DNA of 64,000 nucleotides from Kudoa neothunni (lineage: Eukaryota; Animalia; Cnidaria). Under the pieces are notes generated by a model that saw nothing but the letters and a program-made list of their open reading frames with translations, was not told the origin of the DNA and did not search any database. Position 1 is the stretch's first letter. Every line of letters starts with the position of its first letter. The stretch spans positions 3,944,490-4,008,489 of the forward strand of contig OZ199840.1 of assembly GCA_964304625.1 (NCBI GenBank), written 5' to 3'. Of the stretch, positions 20,868 to 33,525 are shown in pieces. The translations under genes and the position numbers were made by a program.

Positions 20868-21485
20868 CAAGGGATGTCAACGGGCCTTTTCAAATTTACC
20901 CCCCTCGGTCTCCTGAAAAAATCAAAATTTACCCCCTTAACTTGGAAGCCAAAATTCGTGTCTACTTTAAGGTTTCATATTGGGTTAGTTAAGACCGGTT
21001 ATTTTCATGGAAAATTCTAATTCTAAAAGGTATGTAAGCCTACATTATGACAATCTTTAATCTCAAAAACTTTTACTAACAAGCTGTCTAAAGATTTAAT
21101 TTTTTGGTTTCTGCTAAATTTAATTATATCTGAACCATTTTTTTCCTCTAAGGGGCAAGGATTCATTAAAAATAGTCAAGATTGGTAGTGCTGAATATTA
21201 TTTACTACGCAAATAACCACTTTAAACATTATTATTAGGCTACATTTTTAAAAAATAAACGAGGCATAAAAGAAAGAGGCTGATAGTAGCTACTAAATAT
21301 TTATTTGTAAAAACATTTTAAGGATTTCTGGAAACTTATTGAGTTTAATAACCCTAAACAATATTATTTCTTAGACCTCCATAATTAGGTCACAGACCGC
21401 ATCATGCAAAAATTTCCCTGTGTAATTTTGATGGCACTTAATTTGTCCCTTGTCATTTAAATTTACCCTAGATTGAGAACCCCTA
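20868..21485. mobile_element. hAT MITE, same family as 58006-58607 but inverted
   Basis: CAAGGGATGTCAAC ... TTGAGAACCCCTA; the reverse complement of about 21290-21485 aligns with about 58006-58200. Confidence 0.75.
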
Positions 21486-21541
21486 GTCTAGAGAATCTGT
21501 AGTACCAACAAAATAATTAAAATAAGAGTAGGTATCTATTT

Positions 21542-22221
21542 CAGTGTTTTCCAACCTTTTTTCTATCGCGCCCACCTTTTTCAAATGTATTGATTTTTTA
21601 ACTTAAACTGCTTATAATTTTGAATTAAGTTTCATGCCACATTAAAATTAGAAAACGACAAATATATATTTCTTTTTCATTAGAATTAAAATATATTCGA
21701 TCAGATCTAATTTAATTCATAGATGGACTTTAAAAATTAACATTTTTACTTCTTCATTCAGCCAAAAACCGCGTTAAGTGAAACTTGTGGGAATCCAACC
21801 CACATTAGGCATAACTTTCTGTATTAGGGACTTATAAACCGAAATTAAATATTAATATTGAAAATTAATCAATATTGTTTTTGATAGGTCAAAAAGAGGG
21901 GATCACGGTTATAAATGTGACAACATTTGAATTATAATCATTCCGATTCTATTGAGCAAAAACCATGTTAAACGTTATGTTTTATATAAAATAATCAATG
22001 CATTTTTATTGTTTTATTTTCATTCCCATTCGATTTAAAATAAACAAGATCAAAAACCGAAGTATTGACTTCAATGTGCGCCACACTGCCCAATTATCTC
22101 ACCATTATCCATGTCACATCAATGTCCAGGATTTTCCACGTCCTACAAGAGCAGTACGTTAAACGCTCAAAGATTTCCATGCCCACCTAAAATTTTACAC
22201 GCTCACAGGTGGGAAACACTG
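21542..22221. mobile_element. hAT MITE
   Basis: CAGTGTTTTCCAACC / GGTGGGAAACACTG TIRs; perfect 8-bp TSD ATCTATTT. Confidence 0.88.
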
Positions 22222-23232
22222 ATCTATTTACAAATATCTGTCGTCTAAGTCCATGGTGATGTCGAATTAATTTTAGGAATGATATATTTTAGTTTTTTTG
22301 TGAATATATACATTAAAAATTTTCTATAAACTTTATATTTTATTTGTTTACAATTTTCTTAATATGTATGAGTATCCGCAAGGCAATTTGAGTTTGTCAG
22401 GGATCCGTCATTTCAAAAAGGTTGGAAACCACAGGATCAAGGCTTTGTAGTCTTTCTTTTGTTCTAAGATCTACTATTATATGATAACATGGACCTTTAG
22501 GAATAAGATCACCCCAAAGACCATATTATATCAACCATCATCAGAATTTCCAAAATCATCAAATCACATCAGATGATATGATCGGATTAATTCTCATAAA
22601 TACCATATTACTTGAATCAAAATTTCTACATTGAAATTCTCGTGTGTTTCTTACAAATCATCTGAAAAACAAGCATTCCTGCTATAATCAATAAAAATTG
22701 TTTCGGATTCCTCAATCAAATTACAAAATAATCAATAATTCAGGAGATGTCATAACATTTAAGATGACTTCCATATGTATTTATAAAATACAATTTAATT
22801 ACTTGCATATTTATTGATAAAATATAAGTTATAATATTTTAAAATAATTATTTGAGATATAAAATGGCACCACACAAAATTAAAGGTCAATCCTTATCCT
22901 GGTAAGGATATTAACAAAAATGCAATGAATTCAAACACATTCATAATTTTTAACCAATAAAACTAAATTCGAACTAGTATGCTTAAAATAACAAATTAGA
23001 TGCTTAAGTTAACCCATGTGGCGTTTAAAAAGTAAACTTTCCTCTTAGAAACTCTAAGAATCATTTCAAGTCTCAAGCATCAGCATAGGTGTCATCAACA
23101 AAATCAAATGCTGGCGGTAAACTTAAGTGAATGCTTATTGTTTGCCAGAAAGGGGCATCTCAAAGTAAACAGACGATAACGATAAAAGAATCGGTTAATA
23201 TGGATAGGATAGAATATAATAATTAGGAGTAA

Positions 23233-24140
23233 TTAGTTGTTGTTGACAAGAGGGTCGTATTCGGCGCGACGTCCACGTTTCTTGATAACAATCAACACAA
23301 TCAATATGATCAACAAAAGGGAAGCGAGTGATGCACCAACAGCAATTGGTATAACCATACTTTTTTGTTCGATGGGGGGAGCGGTGCAGTTGTAATCTAT
23401 AGTGGAAAAGAAGCAAGTATAGAAACAGCGCAAACCAACTAAAAACAGAAGCAGACTACCTTTTGGAGTTTCAATAGAAGTGGAATTAACCCGGAAGAAG
23501 ACATTTTTGATATCAAGTGATACATAGTGATTGAACTTGTCAACCTCATAGTCTTCCAGTGTTGAGTTTTGAGGGAATAATTGAAAGTCTTATCGCACGT
23601 ATAAGAGGCGAATCCAGTAGGAAGGGTAATATCCTTGATATCGAAAGAGAGTTTTGGTGGCAATGAGGGTTTGACAACAGCAGGATCAGTTTCGTTAATC
23701 TTCTTCACTTCAACTTCAATTTTTGAAACCATTACCGCACTGGCATTTTTAACGTCTTTTCCTCCCTTGGTGAAATGTATAGATAGCATGTTCTCTTTGG
23801 AATCAACCACAACCAAACCATCTTTTGATTTATTCATACAATGGGAAGATGCCTTTACCAACTTAGCGTCAGAACCGAAATCGACGGTGTAGGCTTTCTA
23901 AATCAGTGACACAGTTACACCCATCAACACACAACACACCACATATTTGTAGGAGGCACTTACGATCTTGGTATCAGCTTTAGGTGGTTTACTTTCAGGT
24001 TTCACAGTTAGTACCGCATCAGCAATTTTTACATGGGCACAAGTATTTCCCTTTTCATTCTTTAGCTCGACTTCGAAAGTAAAAACAGTAATTGGGTAGA
24101 AAATTCCCAGAAAAAAAATTATGTAACCGAACGACCTCAT
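23233..24140 (-). CDS. LAMP-family lysosomal membrane glycoprotein with one LAMP domain; exons 24140-23964, 23897-23460, 23396-23233; apparent 1-nt deletion near 23567-23570
   Basis: Signal peptide, 4 Cys in LAMP order (GNTC, SSHC, SYTC, YNC), VIPIAVGASLASLLLIILIV TM, tail KKRGRRAEYDPL with YxxPhi; exons total 779 nt (780 needed). Confidence 0.85.
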
Positions 24141-26039
24141 TAGAATTAACAAAGTGACGACAACAACACGCACTAATAAATCGCTTAGATTACCCTGATA
24201 AAATCCCAAACTAACGACAATCTAATCCTTTGGTATTAATCTTCGTGCATATATTGCACTGTACACATTAAAAAAGTTGATTAATAGCTATAACTTGGAG
24301 AAACTATTTTAATTGTGTAATGTCAATAATTTAGTAGGTGTGATTTGAGCTCTGAGGTCGATTCTCAATCTTAACCAAGTCGGGCATTAATCGCATGTGA
24401 ATAGTCGATTGATAATCACCACATAAAACGCAATCGTGGAACCCTCGCCGACACATTATACATTAAACAAACAGTGTTAAACAACAGGTTATAATCGCAT
24501 TAATTCAAATATACATTTTTAACATTGAGCCATATATTTTCGAGCCTAATCGGGTGAGTACCTATTGAGAATCATCAATTGTGTACAATTGAAGCGATTT
24601 ATATTCAAATTAAATCTCATTATCGCATAATCTAGTGGAATTATTACCTAATTGGTGGGGGAGTTCGTAATTTAAGTGTCTGTAACTTTTTAAGGTGCAG
24701 TCTCAAGTGATAATAATTAATTGTTGACAATTGTGTTGTCCATGTTTTTAGTGGTTCATGGTAATTTCATCGGTGTTCACGCTTGTGTGTTAAAATAATA
24801 GATATGAGCCGATTAAACAACAATAATATTCCTTATTCGTATATTTATACTCATTCAAATTGGCTTAGATTAAGACTATTACTCAATTTATAAGGATATT
24901 AGTATTTTTATTTATAAATTTGGGCGATAATATTTTTTTTCACCGTGCTACGTCCACAAATGATTCGTCTGTGTAATATACAGCATAATCAGCCTGATAT
25001 TAATCCTATTAGAAAATGTCTCTATTGTACGCCGCTGTTATCAATATTATCCTAATTAAGCAATTTTGTGGCTACTCCGGGGATTTGTTAGGTCTCTCTT
25101 TGCCTAATTATTTTCAATATCGACATTGGCCAGTCACATGGATCATTGAGTACATAAAATCACTCGACTATTTGGAATATTTTCTTGCATTTAATCATAC
25201 ATTCAATAATTTCGCGATATTGCGTATTATTTTGGGACGATGGAAAAATTGCGCATGATTAGCTTAAATTTAGACAGTGTCTATTGCAAAAGCTGGGAAT
25301 ATCTACTAAAATAACGTTTGTATCAAAATTTTAATTTCAAAAACACATATTACAATAAATGAACTATTATTAAATAAATTACTTAACCTTCTACCTCTAA
25401 ATTGGCCATGTGTACATTGTTTAATAATTGTCTTCTATAAACTCACATTTAAGTTAATGTATAAGTGGTTTTCAAAGCTTGTTGTGTTAATTTTATGTAA
25501 CAAGAAGTATCGATATACCCAATACGTTAATTAAGAACACATGAACTTGTGTTTATGTGGTTTGCTTGCAACAATGATTGTAAACAAATTACTTTACAAA
25601 ATACGTTCTGTTAAATTAAGTGTGGACATAACAACACACAATTCAATAAATTAGCCGCACTAATCGAATAATAATAATATATAGTTAAGTAGATATGTCC
25701 TCCGCTAGCGCAGCGGATATATAGGGGATTTCATGCCCCTATATTATTTCCCAAAAGTGGGGCGGTTCTTTATAATGAATTATCCAACAGTAGCGTAAGT
25801 AAAGTTTATTCATAAACTTATTAGTGATAAAAACATGTAATCAATATATTAAAATACATAAATATAAATTATTTAAATTTAGATTATAACAGTTGTATCT
25901 TGATTTACCGAACAAAATTATGAAAGATTAAGAGAGCGTCTCATTAAATATACCACTTTTATATCTATTTACTCACAAAAATTTTCACATCAATTTAATA
26001 CATAAAATACCTTGAGATATAATAATATGAAGGCGGTGA

Positions 26040-26870
26040 GCAGCACATCTGGTTGTGCTGAACTCTCTTAAACCTGATAGATTGTTTGCTGTGGAGTCAC
26101 AAACAATTCTTAGATCAGATTTGTTACGTGAAAATTTACTAAAAATTCCGTGCAGATTTTATTTATATTTTCTGCAATGTGTTTTACAGGAAAATAGATC
26201 ATGTCATATTGGGAATGTCGATGGGTGAAATTTTTAACAAATAACACTGATATATCAATGAATGAATTGATTTTGACATTATCAGTCCAAATATCAACGG
26301 TTAGACACATACCATTTTGATTGATTGTTTTAATTAATTTTTCCATTTTTAAATACATGCGCTCATACTCATTCATAATTATCTTTTTTGGACGCATTTT
26401 TGGGATAAAATCTTAAGCCTAGCACTAGGTTCATTAAACTTGTTACCTAAATTAAATGAAAAGTTTATCATCTCTGTAAACGATGCACTTTCCGTTATTG
26501 TACAAGGAGAGATTGTTTCAGCTACAAAATTAACAATTTTAATGTCAAACATTACCTGATCTGATACGATTAAATTGACAATAGAGGGAGGTGAAACAAA
26601 TAATTTATTTATTTTATATATATATTTCTTTGTTTGAGTATGTAACTTATTGTGAGTACTAAGTTTCCTATTCCCGTAAGACGACTTATGCGGGAATGCT
26701 TTGTTGCATTTGGTGAAAACAATAAAATCAATTTGGGACGTTTCATCCCCGTCTTTAGTAAAGATGGAACAGAAATTGTCCCATTCTTTAGAATGCGTGG
26801 TAGATTTTTCCCAAGATAAAAATCTACCAACTTTCAACGCCTCTTCAACACTTTCCACACTCCAGTTTGA
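26040..26870 (-). pseudogene. Degenerate hAT (Ac/Hermes-like) transposase
   Basis: BED-finger relic (SKEWDNF...KC...LSTHNKLH), LTVDIWTDN catalytic motif, H-x-A-E-N-I; frameshifted and truncated. Confidence 0.75.
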
Positions 26871-27479
26871 CGTAATGCAGCGGTAGCCAGACTTGCCTAT
26901 CGAGGGAGCCAACTTTAAGGTCGCACAAATTTTCTAGAGCCACAGGCACTAAATCATTTATGTACCTCTTCCTTATTTAAAATTTATATTTTTGAAAAGT
27001 TTATGGTACACAATAAGGTAAAAGGTTGTAGAATTATAAATAAAGATTTTTTAATTTTTTTTATTCAATTAGTTTCTGGAAAATTTACGTATAATTTGTA
27101 CAAGTATAATTTATGATGGTATTTCCAAAAAAGTAAATTAGCAGTTAACGATCCAAGGAATTTTTCTCTATGAAAAGGGTCGCAATATTAATAAAATATT
27201 TATGAATAAAGTAATAACACAAAAATATAGTGCTTTCGGATTATTTTTTAGAAATCGTTTCTAATGTTACAAGTTTTTATGGTTCCACATCAGGATTGCC
27301 AGACGATTACAGTAAATCTTACAAAATAATGTAATAGAAACGTGCCGAATAGTACCACAAAATTTCAAATCGTATTAAAATTTTAAAGAATGTACCATAT
27401 TTACAAATAATATAATTCTAACAACATTAAACTAATTGAAAAAGAAAAAATAGCTGATAGGATCTATTTATACATCAAA

Positions 27480-28450
27480 ATATTAATTCATTATCTTGTC
27501 CTCCTCATCATATAGGTTTATTTTTTCCATCATTTTAATCAATTGGTCAGATGGATTCCATCCCATGTGAATGGTGTCTCTTAGGAGACATTCAGTATAT
27601 AGTGGTGCATTTATTGTTTTATCTTCAAATATAAATCTCTTTTTTAACGTTGTTTTTATTCACTAATAAAAATAATCTCTCAGCAGATCCGAACGAATGA
27701 GCCAAATCAAGTAAAGACAGCATTAATTTTGACAATGATCGATACTTAAATGTTTCTCCTCTTCTTTCATTTGTGGCCGCCTACCAATAATTTTTTGGGT
27801 CATTTTCAATGAAATGACCATTATTTTACGGGCTAAGTTCTATCTACTCATTATCCAAATTTAAATACTCATCTTCAACAGTAATATTTGGAAATATCTG
27901 TTTCGTCATTAAAAAATGGAGATGTAAAGTTTTGGTAAGAAAGTAAACAAGATCTTGATTGCTTATTCCAGTAGTATTTTCATTCTAAATTGATTCTACT
28001 TTTGACTCATAATAAAACTTATCCTGATGAATATAATTTAAGGGGTATTTAAAATTTAAACTCCAGAAGGTGTCATTTTTTGATCAGACTTCTATAAAAA
28101 TAATGACATATCATTTTTATAATATTTTAAAAGGAATTCCTTAGTTTATGAAATCTAAACTCTCATTTTGTGATTCAATTTTGAATTTATTGACCATGGG
28201 TAAGAAAAAGTTAAAAACGCATAGTACACTTTATTTATGAGCTAAATAGAGGTGAACGTATTTTAGGTGGGGATTTAGCCCTAGTTTCTTATGGTCCAAT
28301 TTTTGGAAACGTTGAGAGAACTGTTCATTCTTCCAATATTTTATGAATAACTTCCTCAAGAGACAGCCATCATATGCAGCATAGATATAATATGATCTGA
28401 TGCTCGATGTCAAATAATTATTGTAATTCGTTATATTCATTTTGACGCTT
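27480..28450 (-). pseudogene. Degenerate hAT transposase C-terminal half, related to the relic at 57960-59770
   Basis: Reverse complement of about 27610-27750 aligns with about 59500-59640 (ctgtctttac...gctcattcgt..ggatctgc.ga.agattat); LPHSSGSAER-like dimerisation motif. Confidence 0.6.
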
Positions 28451-29345
28451 TGAGCTATTTGTGGGAAGTAAAAAAATAAACCTATAAGGGGTGGATTAAC
28501 GTTTATCGTCCCCTTTAATACGTTAACACCTTGGAGGTGTATCTACAAATTCAGTCAAACACTTCATTAGTTACCAACTTTTAGCCAATACAACAGTCAT
28601 GGGTTAAACCTTAAAATTTAAATGGTTTTAAAAAGTGGTTTTCAATAATTTCAACCTAAGATAATTTTCTGGGGACAAATTTCTAATAACCTTGTTTATT
28701 ATGAAAATAAAAACAATTAGGGGGCAAAGGCGAGACATTGATAATACTGTTATTAGGATAATATTCGAATAATAAGTAATAGGTTTGATTATGGGTGTGA
28801 AATTTTATCATTTTTGAAACTCATCTCAATGAAATTTTAATATAAAAATTTATCTAATAAATAACCAAATTATTAATTAATGGTGACCTTAGAAAAACCC
28901 TTGGCCAATCTTGCTTATATATCCCCTTGTTTCGTTACAATTTCAATCAATATGGTGTGGTGTTTGGCCGAGTTTGTTGTAGAAACCCGATAATTCGCCA
29001 TGCCGAATTCCCTCCGTTATCTATAGGCCATATATTTCATCAGAAATGGTATATTCATAGTTTGGTGTTTTTCAATAAATTTATTTATAACTAGCACAAA
29101 AGCCCAGCCAAGCAGACTAACACCTGGCGCAGATTAAGGCCTTTTGATTTTTAAGTAAATAGCGCTAATGTCTAGTTTGCCTGGTACAGTGTGACGGAAA
29201 ATTTTAACTCTAATTTTACTTTGAATGGAGAAATTTTCCGGAAAATTAAATCGAATTAACACGTTGAACGTGTAAATTTTATTTTTCTACTTTAATTTAT
29301 GCATTTTAAAGCTTGTCATTATTTTTGCAATGTGATGATTTAGAT

Positions 29346-29940
29346 CAGAGTTCGGCAACGACCGGCCCCCGGACCAAATTTGGTCCGGGAGCTTTCCTCA
29401 TCCGGCCCGCAAGGGATGTCATTGATAAAGTTAATTTTTTTGACGGTGCTTATATAATTTCCCCAACTTTTAAATTCGATCTCTTCAGCACATAAATAAG
29501 CTTAATAGCATTGTGAACTATGTTACTTAAGTATTATTCCCTTTTTTGAAACATAAAAGTTCTTAAAAAATAAAGATTAAAATTTTTCCCCGAGAAAATT
29601 CCTTACTTATTTTTACTGATTGTACGATATTAGTCTTATTGTAGCTAATGGAAACGTTTAAATTCAGCACCAAAAATATCAGGTAAATTATGAAGTTAAA
29701 AATTGTATAAAACCAGTAATTTCTTCATAAAAATATCGAACATTCACGTTCGTTATGTTTCTTTTTCTCGTTAAGATAAAAATATATTATTTTAAATTTC
29801 AAAATATAAATTTACCAATCCAATTTTCAATTGTATTGTGAAAAATTTATTACATCTACTGGATTTAAATATATTCTGGCATACCTCCTAGTTTGACATG
29901 ATTATCCGGCCCGGCAACCTAATAGGGTTGCCGACCCCTG
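29346..29940. mobile_element. hAT (Charlie/Buster-like) MITE
   Basis: CAGAGTTCGGCAAC / GTTGCCGACCCCTG TIRs, subterminal GGCCCG motifs, perfect 8-bp TSD ATTTAGAT. Confidence 0.9.
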
Positions 29941-30480
29941 ATTTAGATAAACGAAATTATGTGCACACTTTCCATTCAAATATAAATAGAGGTATGGAGG
30001 GAAAGTAATGAGTAATTTTAAGTTTATTTTACAAATTATTGACCAAAATTATGATGACCTTAATTTTAAGAGAAATGTAATTAGCGATTAAAGTCTAGTT
30101 ACTTATGAAACAAAATCATTAATAACTTAAAAAGGACTTACAGTTCTTTTCAAAATTTTGCGATAAAAATTAATCCTTCTAGTTACAAAATTTATTATTA
30201 GTCTACAAACGATAAAAAAAATAAAATCAACCTAAGATTCCGACGAAATATAAATATTAATTGTTACTCCTTTATTCGCAATTGTATAATGATGCCAATG
30301 ATGTTTTAAAAAGCTGTGAGCGGTAACTTATGTATTCACTATTGTAACAAAATTTCCCGATTTTTAAATAAATGCAACCTTTTCTTAACCAAAGTACTTA
30401 CTGGTTTAAAAATATACACATTTAATTAATAAAACACGATTAAGTAAAAAATGTGAAGGTGTTTTTGGTTTGAAAAATTA

Positions 30481-30678
30481 CAGTAATGCTTGAACATCAA
30501 CTGGTTTTCTTGAACGAGTGCACCCTTTTAAAAATTAACGTATTGTTTTATTGCCTTAAAAAAATTTCTTCGTATTGAATTATTCTTAGATTAACGAAAA
30601 CTTTGTGAAAATATCAGTTAGGTTGAATAGACCAATAATTTCCTATCAACTTACATGGCAAGTATTGAGAAGGGACTG
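30481..30678. mobile_element. Small Tigger-like MITE
   Basis: TA|CAGTAATGCTTG ... GAGAAGGGACTG|TA; weak TIR match. Confidence 0.35.
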
Positions 30679-30779
30679 TAGTTTGTACAAAAGTAATCGT
30701 GAATATAAATTCTTAAATTACATATAGAATGTGATGTCGCATATTTTTATGCAGCTTTTATATCAAAATGAATTAATGC

Positions 30780-33514
30780 GAGCCTAAAGAAAACAGTATA
30801 TTGATTTTACGTTTGCTCGGGTACCATTTGGTCTCATATGTTCTCCTTTCTTGCTACACGCAACAATTCATTATCATTTATAAACACAATGCAGCCCAGA
30901 ATTCAAAGGCCTAACAAAATCAATATACGTTGATAATCTAATTCATGGTGTGAACTCGAAAAGTGAGGCTATGAGAATACATCAAGAAATGGTAAGAACT
31001 TTCCAAACTGTTGGATTCAATGTGTGCCAATGGAATACCAATAATCATGAAGTCAAATAAGAATTTGATGCAAATCTGCTTGATAATAATTGTGAAATCA
31101 AAGTTTTGGGATACATATAAAACATTGAGAGAGTTACGATAAAATTAAATAACGTGGTATTTGAGGATAAAATAATCCTAACGAAAAGAAATATCGCAGA
31201 AGAAGCTGCCAAAATATATGATCCTCTTGGAATGGTTACACCTTGTATCATAAGACCCAAGCGTTTCATGCAAGAATTATGGAAAATTGATTTACATCGG
31301 GATGATAATTTTACTTATGATCTAGTAGAGAAATGGTTGATTCTTACGAGTCAGGTTAAAGATATTGGACAAATTGACTTTCCTAGAAAATACGTGGGGT
31401 TGGACATGTCTGATGATAATAACGAATTGTGTTTGATTTGTTTTTGTGATGCGTCAAAGTTTGCATATGCATGCGCCATTTATCTGTGTTGCAAAAATGC
31501 TGGTAACAGAATTTTCGATCGTATTCTCAAAATCACGACTGGTTCCAATTACGGAATTAACTATTCCTAAATTGGAATTAATGGCTGCTACGCTGGGTAC
31601 AAGAATGGTCAGCTACATCGAAAATTTACTTGGCTTAGATATTAATAACAAATATATGTTTATGGATTCAAAATGTGTTATTGATTGGATCAAATCGAAA
31701 AAATGGCCATCGCTATTTGTGAAGAACCGCATAAGAGAAATCTTATCTCACGATGACCTTATATGGAATCACGTCCCTGGTATAGAAAATCCTGCTGATT
31801 TAGCCACTCGTGGAATCACAGTTGATGAATTAACAAGTAAAACAGTCTGGTGGAAAGGTCCTCAGTTCTTCTATGCGAAGAACCCTGAATGAAAAACATC
31901 GATGAATGGATATAAAGAGAAAATGCTGCAAAGTGGTGGTGAATGTGATCGTGTTTGTGACAATGTTGTGTTAAGCAACATTGACATATCCAAAGCTGTC
32001 GATTCTTCAGACAAACTCCCAATTGGTTTAGACATTACCCGCTTTTCTGAATTAAGAAAATTAAAGAGAACAATAGTATGGATTTTTCGTTTTGTCCACA
32101 AAGTTAAAAGAAAATCTATTGTCGACGAAAGTTACCTTACTGTTGAAGAAATGAAATTTGCTGAAACCTATCTCATTCGATGCATTCAAAGAGAATATTT
32201 TGGTGATATGATATTGAGAATCCAAACGGCCAAATCAAACACGAAATGCTTCGATGTGAGGTTTTTCTTGATAAAAGTGAAATTGTACGATGTGGCACAT
32301 AGATGGCAAACGCTGAGATGGACCAAGATAATGTGTATCCAATACTTCTACCGAAAAAGAGTTATGTAACTACACTTTTCATCCAAAACATACACGTTAT
32401 GAATGGTCACTGTGGAAAAAATCAAACATTGCATCTGTTCTTGCTAAGATTTTGGGCACCGCATTTAAGAACATTGGTTTCTCGTACCGTAAAAACATGC
32501 CAATTTTGCAAATTACGTCAACGGAAATCTTATAAACTTCCGGTCTTTCCAAATTATCCCGAATATGGTGTTTCTGTGAATCCTCCATTCTCTTATACTG
32601 GTGTAGACTTGGCTGGTCCATTTACAATATACGAAGCCAATCAGAAAAAGAAAGCATGGATCTGTTTATTTACATGTGCTATCATACGTGCAATCCATTT
32701 GGAAATTGTTACTTCCTTGTCAGCAGAAGATTTTCTCTACTCCGTAAGAAGATTTACTTCAAGAAGAGGATGTCCAATAATGTTAATTTCAGACAATGCG
32801 ACCAATTTTAAGCTAGCTTCTAAAGTTATGAAAAAGGGTGAAAGGTCCAAAGTTTTATCCCCTTCCCCAATTCATATCTTCATGGAAAATAACAGCATTA
32901 AATGGAAATTTATTACAGAATACTCACCTTGGATGGGTGGGTTTTACGAGCGCTTAATTGGTTTGGTGAAACAATGTTTAACTAAAATGATGTACCTCAA
33001 GAAATTAAATTATTGTCAGTTCTCAACAATTATCACTGAAGTGGAGCATATAATAAATTTAAGGCCATTGATACATGTTTCAACTGATATAAATCAACAA
33101 ATAATTATGCCATCAGATTATCTTTGCTTGAATCCACGTAAACACATAGATCATGAGTTAACAACTACGGACTCACAATACAACCCGAATGGAAGAGAAA
33201 CTGAGGCTAACTAAACTTATCTCAATCTGGAAAAGGGGGTAAAAATATCTTGAATCAATCTTGGAACACATTGAAAAAACAATATTTACAGCACTTACGT
33301 GATCGAAAAGAAAGTCGTCACAACCAACCAAATATTTCCCAAAGTAAGTGATATTGCTCATGTTAGTGATGCTACGAACTACAACAAATGGAAAATCGGA
33401 GTTATCAAACAACTATTCAAGAATAAGGATGGAGAAATCATAAAGGCCAATGTCCAACTATCAAATAGCAAAGTGATCAATAGATCGATTAAATCATCCT
33501 TACTTGAAATTTAA
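30780..33514 (+). mobile_element. BEL/Pao LTR retrotransposon pol fragment (RT end, RNase H, integrase), decayed, no LTR found
   Basis: RVPFGL, YVDNLI, IYDPLG, FCDASKFAYA, TIPKLELMAA, HVPGIENPADLATRG, GVDLAGP, RAIHLEIV, SDNATNF, PWMGGFYERLIG; frameshifts and stops. Confidence 0.92.
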
Positions 33515-33525
33515 ATCCTTGGTAG

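Larger units (their letters stand above)
20808..22434. mobile_element. hAT (Charlie/Buster-like) MITE, outer member of a nest
   Basis: CGGTGATTTTCAACC ... GGTTGGAAACCACAG termini; degenerate 8-bp TSD tatcaggg/gatcaagg. Confidence 0.6.

Noticed and set aside
25712-28929. Possible large hAT with GGATATATA-containing ends around the 26-28 kb relics
   Set aside because: Short, weak terminal match and no TSD found
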